Of a stretch of DNA of 64,000 nucleotides, positions 36,601 through 47,806 are shown piece after piece. Origin of the DNA: Thecamonas trahens ATCC 50062 (taxonomy: Eukaryota > Protista > Apusomonadida); the NCBI RefSeq assembly GCF_000142905.1, contig NW_013657677.1, forward strand, positions 124,001 to 188,000, in the 5' to 3' direction. A model generated the notes under the pieces. It did not search any database, was not told where the DNA came from, and saw only the letters and a list, made by a program, of their open reading frames with translations. Position 1 is the stretch's first letter. Every line of letters starts with the position of its first letter. Made by a program: the position numbers and the translations under genes.

Positions 36601-39600
36601 CAGCATGCAGCTTCTCGCCGAGCTCCTTGTTCATGGCCTGGAACCGGTCCATCATCTCGACCTCGAGCTCGGCCTTGGCCCGCTCGACGAGCAGCGCGTA
36701 CTCGCGCTCCCACAGCGCAACCTGCTCCTTGAGCTCCAAAATGGTCCGATCACGAGCGGCAAGCTCCTTGTTCGACTCCATGCGGAGCGACGAGAGGGTG
36801 TTCTCGGCAGCGGAGCGGAGCTCCTCCTCACGGCGGGTCTGCACAGCATCCGACTCGAGCAGCCGAGTCCGGAGCATGGCAATTTCCTTGCGGAGCGTCT
36901 TGTTTGTCTCAGACATCTCCTTGGTCTGCAGGTGAAGGTGCGCGAGGAAAGACTCCATCTCCTGCTTGTAAGCTTCCTGCTCGCGGAGAAGCGCGTCTTG
37001 TTGGGCCATTTCGGCAGCAGCGTGCTCCTCGAGCTGAGCACGGGCTGCCTGGGTCCGAGCGTACGCCTCGTCGGAGGACTGCGACCGGAAGTGGTCGACC
37101 ATCGACTTGAACTTATCATGCAGTTGCTTCTCATAGTCGGCGAGCTTGTCTTGCCGCTCGCGGGCGCGGTCAAGCTCTTCCTGTGAAATGGCCTCGTACT
37201 GCGAGCGGAGCGAGGCCTCAAACGCATCCTTCTCGGCACGAACGCGCTCCTCAAGCTCGCGAAGTTCGCGCATCCGGGTCTGGTACTTGGTCTCCAGCGT
37301 CTCCTTATAGCGAGTGAGGTCGTCCTCGCGGGCGCGCTCAGCCTCGGCGTTGGATGCCATGAGCTCGTCGCGCGAGCGAATGAACTCGGCCATAAGTTCC
37401 TCGCGCTTACCAGCGAGCTCGCGCTCCTGCGCCTCGCGGGCAGCCTGGAGCCGCTCGAGCATTTCGGTCTCGCGGGCGGCGAGTGAGTCCTCGCGCTCCT
37501 TGAGAATCGAGGCCTGCAGTGCCCGAGACTTTTCGGCCTCGGACTTGAGCTGGGTCGAGAGCTCCTTGTTGAGTGCGTCGTACTTGGAGAGGACGCCGGC
37601 TTCGATCTCGCCCTGGGCGCGCTCGAGCCAGACTTGGTACTCGCGCTCCCAGGCGGCGAGCTGGCCCTGGAGGTCGATGATGGCGCGGTCGCGCTCAGAG
37701 ATCTGAGCGGTGAGCTGCGAACGGAGCTCCGACAGCTGAGCGGCATGCGAGGTAGCGGCTTCGTCCTCCTTGCGGGCGGCGGCAGCCGCAGCCTCGAGTG
37801 CCTGAGTGCGGAGCAGCGAGTTCTCCGCAGCAAGCGACGCGTGCTTGGCCTCCATGGCCTCGATGTGCTCATGCATGCGCTTGAGGAACGCCTCCATCTC
37901 CATCTTGTACTCCTCCTGCTGGAAGAGGAATCGGTCCTTGGCCTGGATGTCGGCCGAGGCCTGCTCTTGGAGTGCAATGCGGGTCTCGACGGCGCGGTTG
38001 GCAAGCTCAGACTCAAGGTGAGCGTTGTGCTGATCAACCATGGCGGTGAAGCGCGCGTTGAGATCGGCCTCGTACGAGGCGAGCTCGCGCTTGTGGGCCT
38101 CGAGCTTTTTGGCGTCGGACTCTTGGACCGACTCGTACTGGGCGAGCAGGTGCGACTTAAACTCGTCCTTCTCGCGGTCGAGGGCGGCAGCCTTGGCGCG
38201 AAGCTCCTCCATCTTCTTGGCCACCTTCGATTCGAGCTCGAGCTTGGCCGAGAGGAGCTCGGCCTGGAGGTCAGCCTCCTTCTGCAGGTACGTGGCGTTG
38301 AGCTCCTCGTGTTTGGCAAGGAGATCTGCCTCCATGGCTCTGCGCTTGGCCTCGAGCTGAGTCTCGAGCCTGTCGCGGGTGAGCGCCATGCCAGTGATGA
38401 CGTCACGTTCCTTCTGGTCGAGGGTGACCTCGCGATCGTCGAGGGCAGCGGCGGCGCGCTTGATCGACTCATCTTGAAGCGCGCGAAGCTGGGCCTCGAG
38501 GTCCTTGGAACGGGCCTCGTACTTTTCGCGGAGCGAGGCCTCGAGCTCGACGCGAGCGCGGGCGAGTGCCGACGACGCCTCGCGGTCCTTGGCAGCGAGC
38601 TGCGAGCGGAGGCTGACAATCTCGGCATCGCGAGCAGTTACCTCGGCGTTAGCAGTGTCCTGGCATGCCGAGACGCGAGCCGACCACTCGTCGACAAGCG
38701 AGCGGGCGGTGTCGGCGGCGGCCGCCTGGGCCTCAAGCAGCTGGGCACGGAGCGAGGCGACTTGGAGCGACGACTGACGGCGGGCCTCCTCCACAGCAAG
38801 AAGCTGCCGACGGAGGCCCTCAAGGAACTCGTTCATCTGCGATTCGTACGCAGTGCGCTCAGCGGCCATGTCGGCAAGGACACTGGCGTCCGACGACGCA
38901 ATCTTGGCGAGGTCATCGGCGTTTTCGCGGAGCCGCACCGAGGTCTCCTTAGCAACTGCCGACTTGTGCGACTCAAGCAGGGCCTTAAAGCGTGCGGTCT
39001 GCTGGGCCTCGAGCTCATCGAGGGTAGCCGCGCGCTCCTCAAGCGCCTTGGCGTCGAGCTCAAACTCGGCCGCATACTGGGCACGGATCTGAGCCTCGTA
39101 CTCCTTCTTGTCCTGAACGAACCGTGCCTGAAGCGACTGCAGCTGTTCGAGGCGGGTCTGGTAGGAGTTGTCGAGGGCGGCGCGGTAGTCGGCGAGCTGA
39201 GCCTCACGCTCGCGCTCGCGGGCAGCATACTGCGCCTCGACATCCTGAAGCTGGGCGGTGAGTGCACGCTCGCGTGCCATGTACTCGCGCTCACGAGCGT
39301 CCATGGCGGCCTTGTGCTCGGCGGCGGCGGCAAGGAACTTGGCCTGCATCTCCCGCTCGTAGTCGGAGAGCTCATCCTTCTTGGAGGCGAGGAAAGCCGA
39401 GTCGGCAGCGAGTTCAGCCTGGTACTGCTCACGGAGCGACGCCTCGTAGGCGAGGCGGTCCTGAGCCATTGATGCTTGTGCGGCCTGAAGCGCCTCGAGC
39501 TTCTTCTGGTACGCCAGGTTGAGCTCTGACTTGTAGTTCTGGTACTCGAGCTCGCGCGCCCGGTCGCGGTCGATGAGCTGGGCTTGGGCGGCATGAACCT

Positions 39601-42600
39601 GCTCCATCAGGTCGCGCTCGCGCGAAGCAAGAGCAGCCTCGCGCTCGAGAATGTAAGCCTCATGCTTGGCGCGGGTCTCAGCGACGTCATCGCGAAGGGC
39701 GCGCTCGTAAGCCGAGAGCTCGTCGCGCTGCTTGGCAACGGCCTCGGACTTGGAGGCCAGCGAGCGGTCGAGAGCGGCGCGGGCCTTGGCCTCGAACGCC
39801 TCGCGCTCGTCCTGTAGCTCGCGCTCACGGCGGTCGAGGGCAGCGGCGCGGGAGCGGTAGTTGGCATCGCAAGTGGCCTTGTACTCGCGCTTGTCAGCCT
39901 CGAGAGCGGCGATCCGCTCGTCCATCTCGAGCATAGCGATGCGAAGACGCTCGTCGGCCTCCTTCTCCTTGCGAGCGAGTGCGCGCTCACGGTCGTGGAG
40001 CTGGGCCTTGAGCGCGTCAAGCGCGTTGCGGTTGGCCTCGCGGAGCTGGGCCTCGTAGTCCTCAAGCTCGGACTTTTTCTCTTGGAGGAAGGCAACGTCA
40101 AGCTGGAGCTCCTGGGCGTACTGGTCGCGGAGCGAGGCTTCGTAGCCTGCCTTTTCGTCGCGGAGCGAGGCTTCCAGCCGCTGAAGCGAAGCGAGCTTGC
40201 GCTGGTAGGTCGCGTCGAGCTCGGCCTTGTAGGCAGACTTTTCCTCGTCGCGGGCGGCATCGCGCGAGGCAGCCTCTTCGAGCAGCTGGTTCTGGAACTC
40301 GCGCATCTGCTTGGCGAGCTCCTTCTCGCGGGCGTCGAGGGCGGCCATGCGGTCAGCAACCTGGGCCTTGGCCTGGGCCATGAGCTTGGCGTTGAGCTCC
40401 TGCTGGGTCTTCTCGTGCTCGGTGAGCTCGTCCTTGCGCGAATCAAAGGCGGCGCGCTCGAGGGCGAGGTCGGCCTCAAATTGGGCGCGCAGCTCAGCCT
40501 GGTAGCGGGCACGGTCATCGGCCATGCGAGCCTTCTCGGCCTGGAGCGCCTCGTAGCGACGCTGGTACGACTTGTCGACTTGAGCGCGATAGTTGGCCAT
40601 TTCTTGCTCACGGGTATGGTCGCGGGTGGAGGACTCGGACTGTGCGGCGGCGAGCTGGTCGAGCAGCTGGGTCTCGCGCATGCGGAAGAAGTGCTCGCGG
40701 TCGGCGAGCTGCTTCTTGTGACCGGCAATGAGTGTCTGGAACCGCGACTGGAGGTCGTTTTCGTACGTTGAGAGCTCCGAGGCCTTGGACGCCAGGTTGG
40801 CGCGCTCAAGCTCAAGCTCCTGCTGGAGACGCTCCTCGATTTGAGCCTCATAGCGGGAGCGCTCAGCGCGGAGCTGGGCCTCCGAGTCGTTGAGGGCCTG
40901 GAGGCGGGCCTGGAGCTGGCGTTCGAGGCGGGCCTTGAGGTCGTTCACCTCAGCATTGCGGGCGGCCTCGCGAGCGTTAAACTGCGACTCGAGCTCGTCC
41001 TTGGCGTCGGCCACCTCGTGGCGGAGCGCAGCCTCGCGCTCACGGAACGCGGCCTCGCGCGCGGCGAGCGTTTCCTTGTGCTGAGCGAGGACGCGCTCGA
41101 ACCGAGCCTGCTGCTCCTTCTCGTAGTCCTCGAGCTCGGCGCGCTTCGAGTTGAGGAAGGCTGCGTCAACAGCGAGCTCCTGCTCGTACTGGTCGTGAAG
41201 CTGCTTCTCGTACTTGACCTTTTCGGCACGGAGATCCGACTCGAGCTGGCGGAGAGCCGCAACCTTGCGCTGGTAGGCAGCGTCGAGCTCAGACTTGAAC
41301 GAAGCCTTTTCCTGCTCACGGGCATCGTCGCGGGCGGCAGCCTCCTGCTCGATGGCAGCAGCGCGAGCGGCAAGGTCCTGCTCCTTGCGGTCAACGGCAG
41401 CCTGGCGGGTGCGGAGGTAGTCCTCCTTACGAGCGAGCGAAGCGAGGAGGCGGTCATGCTGGTCCTTGTGGAACGCGTCGAGCTGTGCCTTCTTGGACTC
41501 GAGCAGCTGGATATCGTTGTCGAGCTCCTCGCGGTACTGTGCCTTGAGCGCGCGCTCAAAGTTGAGCTTGTCCTCTTGAAGGGCAAGCTCGAGCTTCTTC
41601 AGCTCCTGGGCCTTGTTGCGGGCGGCCTCCTCCAGCTCGCGCTTGGCGGCGTTGAGCTCAACGTCGCGCTGGTGGTCGCGGGCCAGGAACTCGTCCTGGA
41701 GCGAGGCCTCGAGGGCGTGAACGCGCGAGAGAAGATCCTTCTCCTTGGCAAGGTATGCCTGCTCGCGGGCAAACGACTCGGAGCGGAGACGCTCGTTGAA
41801 CGAGGCGACGGCTTCGTCGAGGGCGGCGCGTTCGGCGGCGAGGGCGGCGCGGGCCGTGTTGACCTCGTCGGCCGCCGCGTCCTTGGCGGCGTGGACCTTG
41901 GCACGGGTGGCGTCATCAAGCGCGGCCTGGCGGGCAACAAGCTGGGCCTGGGCCTCGCGGAGCGCGTCGGCCTTGGCAGCGTACTCGGCCTCGAGTGATG
42001 CCTTGGCGTCAAAGTAGGCACGAAGGCGGTCCTGCTCTGCGGCATCAGCCTCGGCACGGAGCTGCGAGAGCTGAGCGGCGAGGTCCTGCTCGCGGCGGAG
42101 AGCTTGGGCCTGCGACTCGCGAATGAACTCGTCCTTGGCCTGGAGCGAGCCCTGCATGGCAGCGCGAACCTTGTCGGCCATTTCTGCCTCGATGGTGGCG
42201 CGGAGCTGCGACTCGAGTTGGGCAGCCTGGGCGTCCATGCGAGCCATACGAGAGCGGAGTGCTGACTCGCGGGCGTCCAGCTCGCGCTGCTGGGCGGCGA
42301 GGAGGGTGGCGACCTCGGCCTCACGAGCGCGGTCGCGGGCGATGAGATCGTCCTCAAGACGCTTGACCGAGGCAAGAAGCTCCTCGCGCTGCTTGGCAAA
42401 GCGAGCCTCGCGCTCGGCGAGGTACGCCTCTTGCGACTTGGCCGAGTCCTGGGTGTAGGCGAGAATGCGAGCAGCATACTCGGCCTCGTAGGCCTCGCGG
42501 AGCTCAGACTCAAACTGGACCTTGGCGTTCTCTAGCTCGGCCTCCTTGGAGCGGAGGTCGCGGAGCTTGCTGTCGAGCTGGCCCTGGAGCGAGGAGCGGT

Positions 42601-44022
42601 ACTGGGCGAGCTCCAGCTCACGCTGGCGCTCGCGAGCCTGCAGCTCGTCCATGATCGAGGCAAGCTTGGCTTGGAGGGCCGACTCGCGGGCGTTAGCCTC
42701 GGCTTCTTTGTCAGCCAGGAACCGCTCCTGGGCAGCGATGAGCGACGAGGTCTCGCCCTCGACCGATGCGGCAAAGGCGGCCTCGTACTCCCTGCGGAGC
42801 TCGTACTCAAAGTTGACTTTGGCTTGCTCAAGCTCCGCCTCGCGGGCCGAGAGCGCTTGGACCTTGGAGTGGTATGCGTCTTCGAGCTCCTTCTGGAAGT
42901 GCCATTTTTCGGCCTCGCGGTCGCGGTCGCGGGCGAGCAGCTCCTCCTTGGCGGTCTGCATCTTGGAGTACAGCTCGGCCTCGAGCTTGGAGAGCGCAAT
43001 CTGTGCCGAAGCAAGGTCGGCCGGAGGGGCCGAGGCCGAGAGCAGCGCGTTGGTAAGCGACTTGGTCGACGCGAGCCGACGAGCGTTGAGCTCGGAAATG
43101 TCGGTCTCGAGCGCCGAGAGTCGGGCAGTAAAGCCCGGGTCTACGGCAGTATGGGACATGCCGGGATCAGCGTCAATGTGCGGGGGCGCTGAGGTGAGGG
43201 CAAGCGGTGTGAAGCCCTGAGCGTTGATGGCGTCGGTGTTGGCGCCTGCGGAAATGAGGAGATCAGCGACAGAGGTGTGGTCGTTGATACACGCGCAGTG
43301 GAGCGGCGTCCAGTCCTTGGCGTTGGTGGCGTTGGGAGATGCGCCTGCAGTTAGGAGCGCCTTAACAGTCGAAGTGTGACCTGAGAAGGCAGCCCAGTGG
43401 AGAGGGGTGTTGCCAAAGGCGTCAGGCGTCGAGGGGGAGGAACCCTGGTTCAGTAGTTTCCTGTCGCCGTCACCCGTGTCCGGTCGTTGTCCGACAGGCC
43501 CAAGTTGACCAAGTGTAGTGTGTGTGGTGCCCGTGCGGAGGGAGAGGCGAGATGTGTGTGTAAGCGTGGGTGAGTAGCAATATCTGTGCAGGGTAGCCGG
43601 CAGGAGAAGCCAATGAGGAGCACGGGGGCAGCGGGGAATGCCCGGCGTCGTGTGCGGGAATACCAAAGGAGCCGAGTGGAAAATCTACGAATTTGGCGCG
43701 AAAAATGCGTGTGCCAGGGCGGAGCTCGACTGCGACCAGAAAGTGGTGTGGCGAGGACATAAAGAGCTTCAGCTGCTTGTCGGACGTTGACCGGTAAAGC
43801 ATAGAAGGCTAGCTGTGTAGGGGTGCGGGAGAAGCTCGTCAGAAACCTGGTATAAAGCATGCCAGTGCCGGCGCAGGGGGCGAGTGTGGGGGGCGTGGCG
43901 CGATTTTGGCGCCAATCGCCGCGCGACAGGGCTGGCGGGGGAAGGGAGGGGAAGGGAGGGGGAAGGTGGTCATACCTTACGAGGTGTGTGTCTCCGTCTG
44001 ATGCAGCAGCGTGCAGGCTCAT
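24602..44022 (-). CDS. Giant (~6,300 aa) protein: ankyrin repeats, 29-residue-repeat helical rod, MAP65/Ase1/PRC1-like C-terminal domain; exon 44022-43976, intron, exon 43460-24602 with three single-base shifts
   Basis: ORFs 35834..43666, 34929..36020, 31888..35139 and 24602..32116 join seamlessly if one base is added at ~36064, ~35174 and ~32179. The spliced start gives MSLHAAASDGDTHLVR-KLLNQG...GNTPLHWAA (ankyrin). Confidence 0.85.
43692..43916. promoter_or_regulatory. Two E2F-type sites in the first intron of the giant gene
   Basis: TTTGGCGCGAAA at 43692-43703 (reverse complement TTTCGCGCCAAA) and TTTGGCGCCAA at 43905-43915. Confidence 0.45.
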
Positions 44023-44239
44023 GCACCAGGAAGGGAAGGGTACAAGAGGTGGTGAGCCAACGGAGAGGAGTGGAGGTGTTATGTTGTGTGTGGGGCAGGG
44101 TGACGGGTAGCTTGGGAGGGAGGGGGGGGCGGCGGAGTTTGTTGGCCACTCGCCAGGGCGGGCGAAAAGGGGGAGAACAACTGTTGAACACCAGGTACAC
44201 GATGCATGTTGCTTCAGTTTATCCTGGGCAAGTCCTGGT

Positions 44240-45202
44240 CTAGTCGATCCAGCAATGGGTAGCCTGGTCCGGACACGAGGGGTAGAGCTGCAGCCGCGGG
44301 TCGTCGAGGAGGTCATTGCGGACACAGACGCAGCGCTTGGAGCCTGAGACCTTGTCGTAGAACTGGCGAATGACGCCGACGTAGTCGCGATTGATGCCGC
44401 CGGACATGTTCTCGCACCAAATCTCGCCCTTTTGGCCGGCGGAGCGGCGGATGTTGCAGCCGGGGAAACGGGTGCGCAGGTCCTGCTCGGCAGCCTTGGC
44501 GGCAGCGGCGCGGGCGACGGCAGCGGCGACGTCGTGGGTCAAGGCTGGGGTTGGCATGCCAGTGGCCGTGTAAAACGCACCCTCCACCACACCGACGCGG
44601 ACATACTGGCGCTCGTAGGTGTCGAGCCACTCGGCAATGCCCATGATGTCATCGTCGGAGAGGCCGGTGAGGTCATCGGTGAGACCAGCGGTGGTAAAGT
44701 CGCCTGTGACAAAGGCAGCCGAGCCATCGCGGCCGGTGAAAAACGAGTACGCGCCATCCTTAGCGTAGTGGCGAGCGCCGGTAGAGACGTCGTAGACCCG
44801 GCCCAGGATGCCCAGCAGGAGCGGGGCGTCGGGATCCGAGCCGTCGCCGGCCGCGAGCTCGGCCTGCGAAAAGACCCGGACTGCAGGATCGGCATCGGCG
44901 CCGACAGAGAGTGGCGACGGGGTAGGCGAGTCCGGGCGGCTCGGTGACGGAGACGGGCCGGACGACGACTTGAACGTCAGTGCCAACGCTGTGGCTGCCA
45001 GAATAATAACCAGGCATGAGAGGTAGGTGACGAGTTTGCGCCCAGCTGCCCGCTTCTTGCGCAGGCGCTCGGCGAGCTCGGCCTTACGGGCGGCTGCAGC
45101 TTCAGGAAGCGCCTCATCGTCCTGCTTGCGGAGGGGCGGCTGCGACGATGCAGCTTTGCCGCGGCGGGCCCGGACGCTAGACGAGGTATTTGTTCCCGTC
45201 AT
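44240..45202 (-). CDS. CYB5D2: Neuferricin-like membrane-anchored cytochrome b5 / steroid-binding (MAPR) protein
   Basis: A TM segment, then LLLGILGRVYDVSTG..HY...Y.FFTGRDGS.AFVTGDF, then FPGCN...WC...RCVCV...LYPSC. Confidence 0.88.
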   Translation of the reverse strand: MTGTNTSSSVRARRGKAASSQPPLRKQDDEALPEAAAARKAELAERLRKKRAAGRKLVTYLSCLVIILAATALALTFKSSSGPSPSPSRPDSPTPSPLSVGADADPAVRVFSQAELAAGDGSDPDAPLLLGILGRVYDVSTGARHYAKDGAYSFFTGRDGSAAFVTGDFTTAGLTDDLTGLSDDDIMGIAEWLDTYERQYVRVGVVEGAFYTATGMPTPALTHDVAAAVARAAAAKAAEQDLRTRFPGCNIRRSAGQKGEIWCENMSGGINRDYVGVIRQFYDKVSGSKRCVCVRNDLLDDPRLQLYPSCPDQATHCWID

Positions 45203-45547
45203 GTGGAGGTCAAGTGGTGTCTGTCCACGGCTGGAGGTTTGGTTTGGAGAGTGGGGACGGCTGACGAGAGCTTTGGCAGGTGCCGGGAGGCAGAGACGGA
45301 CGCCCAGCCATCCCAGGGCCCGGCAGTCATCAACTGAAGGGGCGGTATCGGTTTGGCCGTATGCTTGCACCGTAGCCTTGATGCGCATGCTGGTGAGAGT
45401 ATTTTGCTGCTACTCGGTGTGGACGGCCAAACGGGTGGCGGGCACAGCGGGCGGGTGGTCGGCCAGCAGTCGCGTCGGTCCCGACTCGCTGACTTGTCGA
45501 CGGTCAACTGCTGGCGCGGGCAGGCAGACTTGTCTTCTTGGCCCAAC

Positions 45548-47342
45548 ATGGACGAGGCGTTCACGTTCCAGATCCTCACAGATGACGAGATCCTGGCATG
45601 CACCGACGAGCTGTCAATTCCTCTGACGCTGGAGAACCTCAAGCGGCCCAACATGGCAGCCATGACACCGGTGTACGAGCGGTTTGTCATGTTGCTCATG
45701 GGCGAGCCGTCGGAGCCGCACCCGGCGGCCGAGGAGATTGCCGCAGAGCTGTTCGACCACCCGGAGCTCTACGAGCATGCCATCTGCCGCGGCGAGCTTC
45801 GCAAGCGACTGTACGTTGTGTGCCGCGGATGCTGGGTGGGGAATGGGCGCGGGGGTGAGGCTAGGGTGGGGGGGGGGGGGGGGGGGAGGAGGGGGGTGAC
45901 GGTGGAGGGTGCAAGAACGATGGCGCGCGCGAAAGCCCAAAATTTCAAATTCAAGTCAGGCGAGCGAGGGAGGCGGCGCAAACTCACGGAGCAACTGATG
46001 GCGTACGGTGCCATGATGTGACAGGATCAAGCTTATGAACGCGTGCGGAGTGGACGACTTTTCGCTGGCGGACGTCATCAAGCCGCTCTACAAGCGGACG
46101 CGCAAGAACCTGTCGGGACTGATCAACTTTGCCAAGTTCCGCGAGGACCAGCTGCCTGTGTACCAGAAGCACGCCGACGCGGCCGAGGCGCGGCTGGCGG
46201 AGCTCGACCAGGTTCGCGATGAGGAGGATGCTGCGCGTGAAGAGCTTGCCATGCTCGAGGAGGAGCAGGCGGCAAAGGAGCCGATGCTGGAGGCGCTGCG
46301 TGAGGAGAACAAGGCTGTTGTCGCTGAGCTCCACGCCAAGTACGCCGAGCAGCAAGAGCTTCGCGACAAGTCGAAGCAGCTCAAGGATAAGCTCAAGTCG
46401 AGCAAGGATGCGGTGGCCAACCTCGAGTTCCAGGTTGTGGCCGAGAAGCAGACGCTTAACGCGCTCAAGCTGCAGATTGTGTCGTCGCCGGAAAAGCTGG
46501 AGACGCGGATCGGGCAGCTGAAGCAGGCCGAGGTGGAGGCCAAGGAGGGTCTTGCAGCGGCCAAGGCCAAGACCAGCGGGTACCAGGCCAAGCTGGACGC
46601 GGTGGAGCAGCTGACGGCGTCGTTTGAGGCACTGCTGAGTGTGCTCGACGGCGCCGAGGCTGAGGCGGCCAAGGCCGCTGGCCTCGTTGACAAGATCTCC
46701 GGGCTGGAGGGCGCGGCCATGGAGGCCGAGGCTGCCAGCCGCGAGATGGAGATGACCCAGCGGCATGCCGAGGCCACGCTCGAGTCGACGGTTGAGAAGC
46801 TTGCGCGGGTCGAAGCCCAGTCCGAGGCCAAGAAGGCCGCAGCCGAGGCTGCGCTGTTCAAGGCTCGCGACGAGCACGCCGCAGTGGAGGCCGACTTCCA
46901 GTCGGCGCGCGTCCAGATCGACGAGAACTCAGCAGTCATTGCCCAGCTTCGCGAAAAGATTGACCGCAAGGTTGCTGAGCACAATGCCGAGATGGCCGAG
47001 ATGGAGGGCAACTATGACAAGCTCCGCGAGCACGTCAAAAGCTACCACGAGCAGCTCTTCGAGTGCATTGCCACGGGCATTGTTCCGGCCGCTCCCGGCC
47101 CTGCGCTCACCACTGCCGAGCTCGAGTCTGCCCCGGCCGCGCCCGCGCCGGCCGCAGACTACAAGCCCGCACCCGCACCTGCGTTGAGCAAGCGCAGCTC
47201 GCGCGCCTCGCTCTCGGGCTCGCTCACCCTCTCGCAGCACCGCGCCTCGCTCTCAGGCTCCACTGCCTCGTTGCGCGCCTCCCTGCTGGGATCGGGCTCG
47301 CAGGCCAAGCGCCGGACCTCGTTTGTTGCTGAGCTCCGCTGA
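45548..47342 (+). CDS. NUF2: Kinetochore Ndc80-complex subunit Nuf2; exons 45548-45810 and 46025-47342
   Basis: FQILTDDEIL...L.RP; LMNACGVDDFSLADVIKP..KRTR..LSGLINFAKFRE; QIVSSPEKL; long coiled coil. Confidence 0.93.
45921..45955 (-). promoter_or_regulatory. E2F-like plus CHR-like elements in the NUF2 intron
   Basis: The minus strand reads CTTGAATTTGAAATTTTGGGCTTTCGCGCGCGCCA (CHR TTTGAA next to TTTCGCGC). Confidence 0.4.
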
Positions 47343-47426
47343 GTCTTCAACCCTGTAAACTGAGTCAACCACAGCCGCCACTTTTCACGACACTCGACCG
47401 TATCTCGCTCAACACAACTGCGTCGC

Positions 47427-47781
47427 ATGGCAAGTACGTACTACACAGACATAGTAGCCCGCTGTGCGGCTGGTGGCGTCCGACAAGTGCGGCAAGGAGC
47501 CCGGGGGCACTCACAACAGCATGAGGTGGGTGGGGCGGTGGGCAGGCGGGGATGGCGTCGAGCGGGCAGGAGCGAGCAGCGCGAGCGAAGAGCAAGAAGT
47601 GCTGAAAGTTCATCCCGAGTACATTGTGCGAGTGTACATGGTGGTGCTTGTGGTGACGGGCGTGCTGCTTGCGATGGACGTGGGCGGGCTGGTGGAAGGG
47701 GTGGAGGGCTGGTGGATTGTGGGCGCGCCGTTTATGCCTGCACTGGCGTGGGTGTGGTGGTCGCACGGGCTGATTGTGTAG
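47427..47781 (+). CDS. Putative small (~70-80 aa) two-TM membrane protein with a 7-nt first coding exon
   Basis: ATGGCAA|GTACGT at 47427-47439. Phase-matched CAG acceptors at ~47545 or ~47568 lead into ...YIVRVYMVVLVVTGVLLAMD...WWIVGAPFMPALAWVWW. Confidence 0.45.
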
Positions 47782-47806
47782 ACGGCCGCCAGCGGCCTGC
47801 CAGGCT

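Noticed and set aside
24602-44022. Myosin, SMC or tape-measure protein, or a pseudogene
   Set aside because: No motor, Walker or viral motifs. About 19 kb with no in-frame stop apart from three homopolymer shifts argues against decay.
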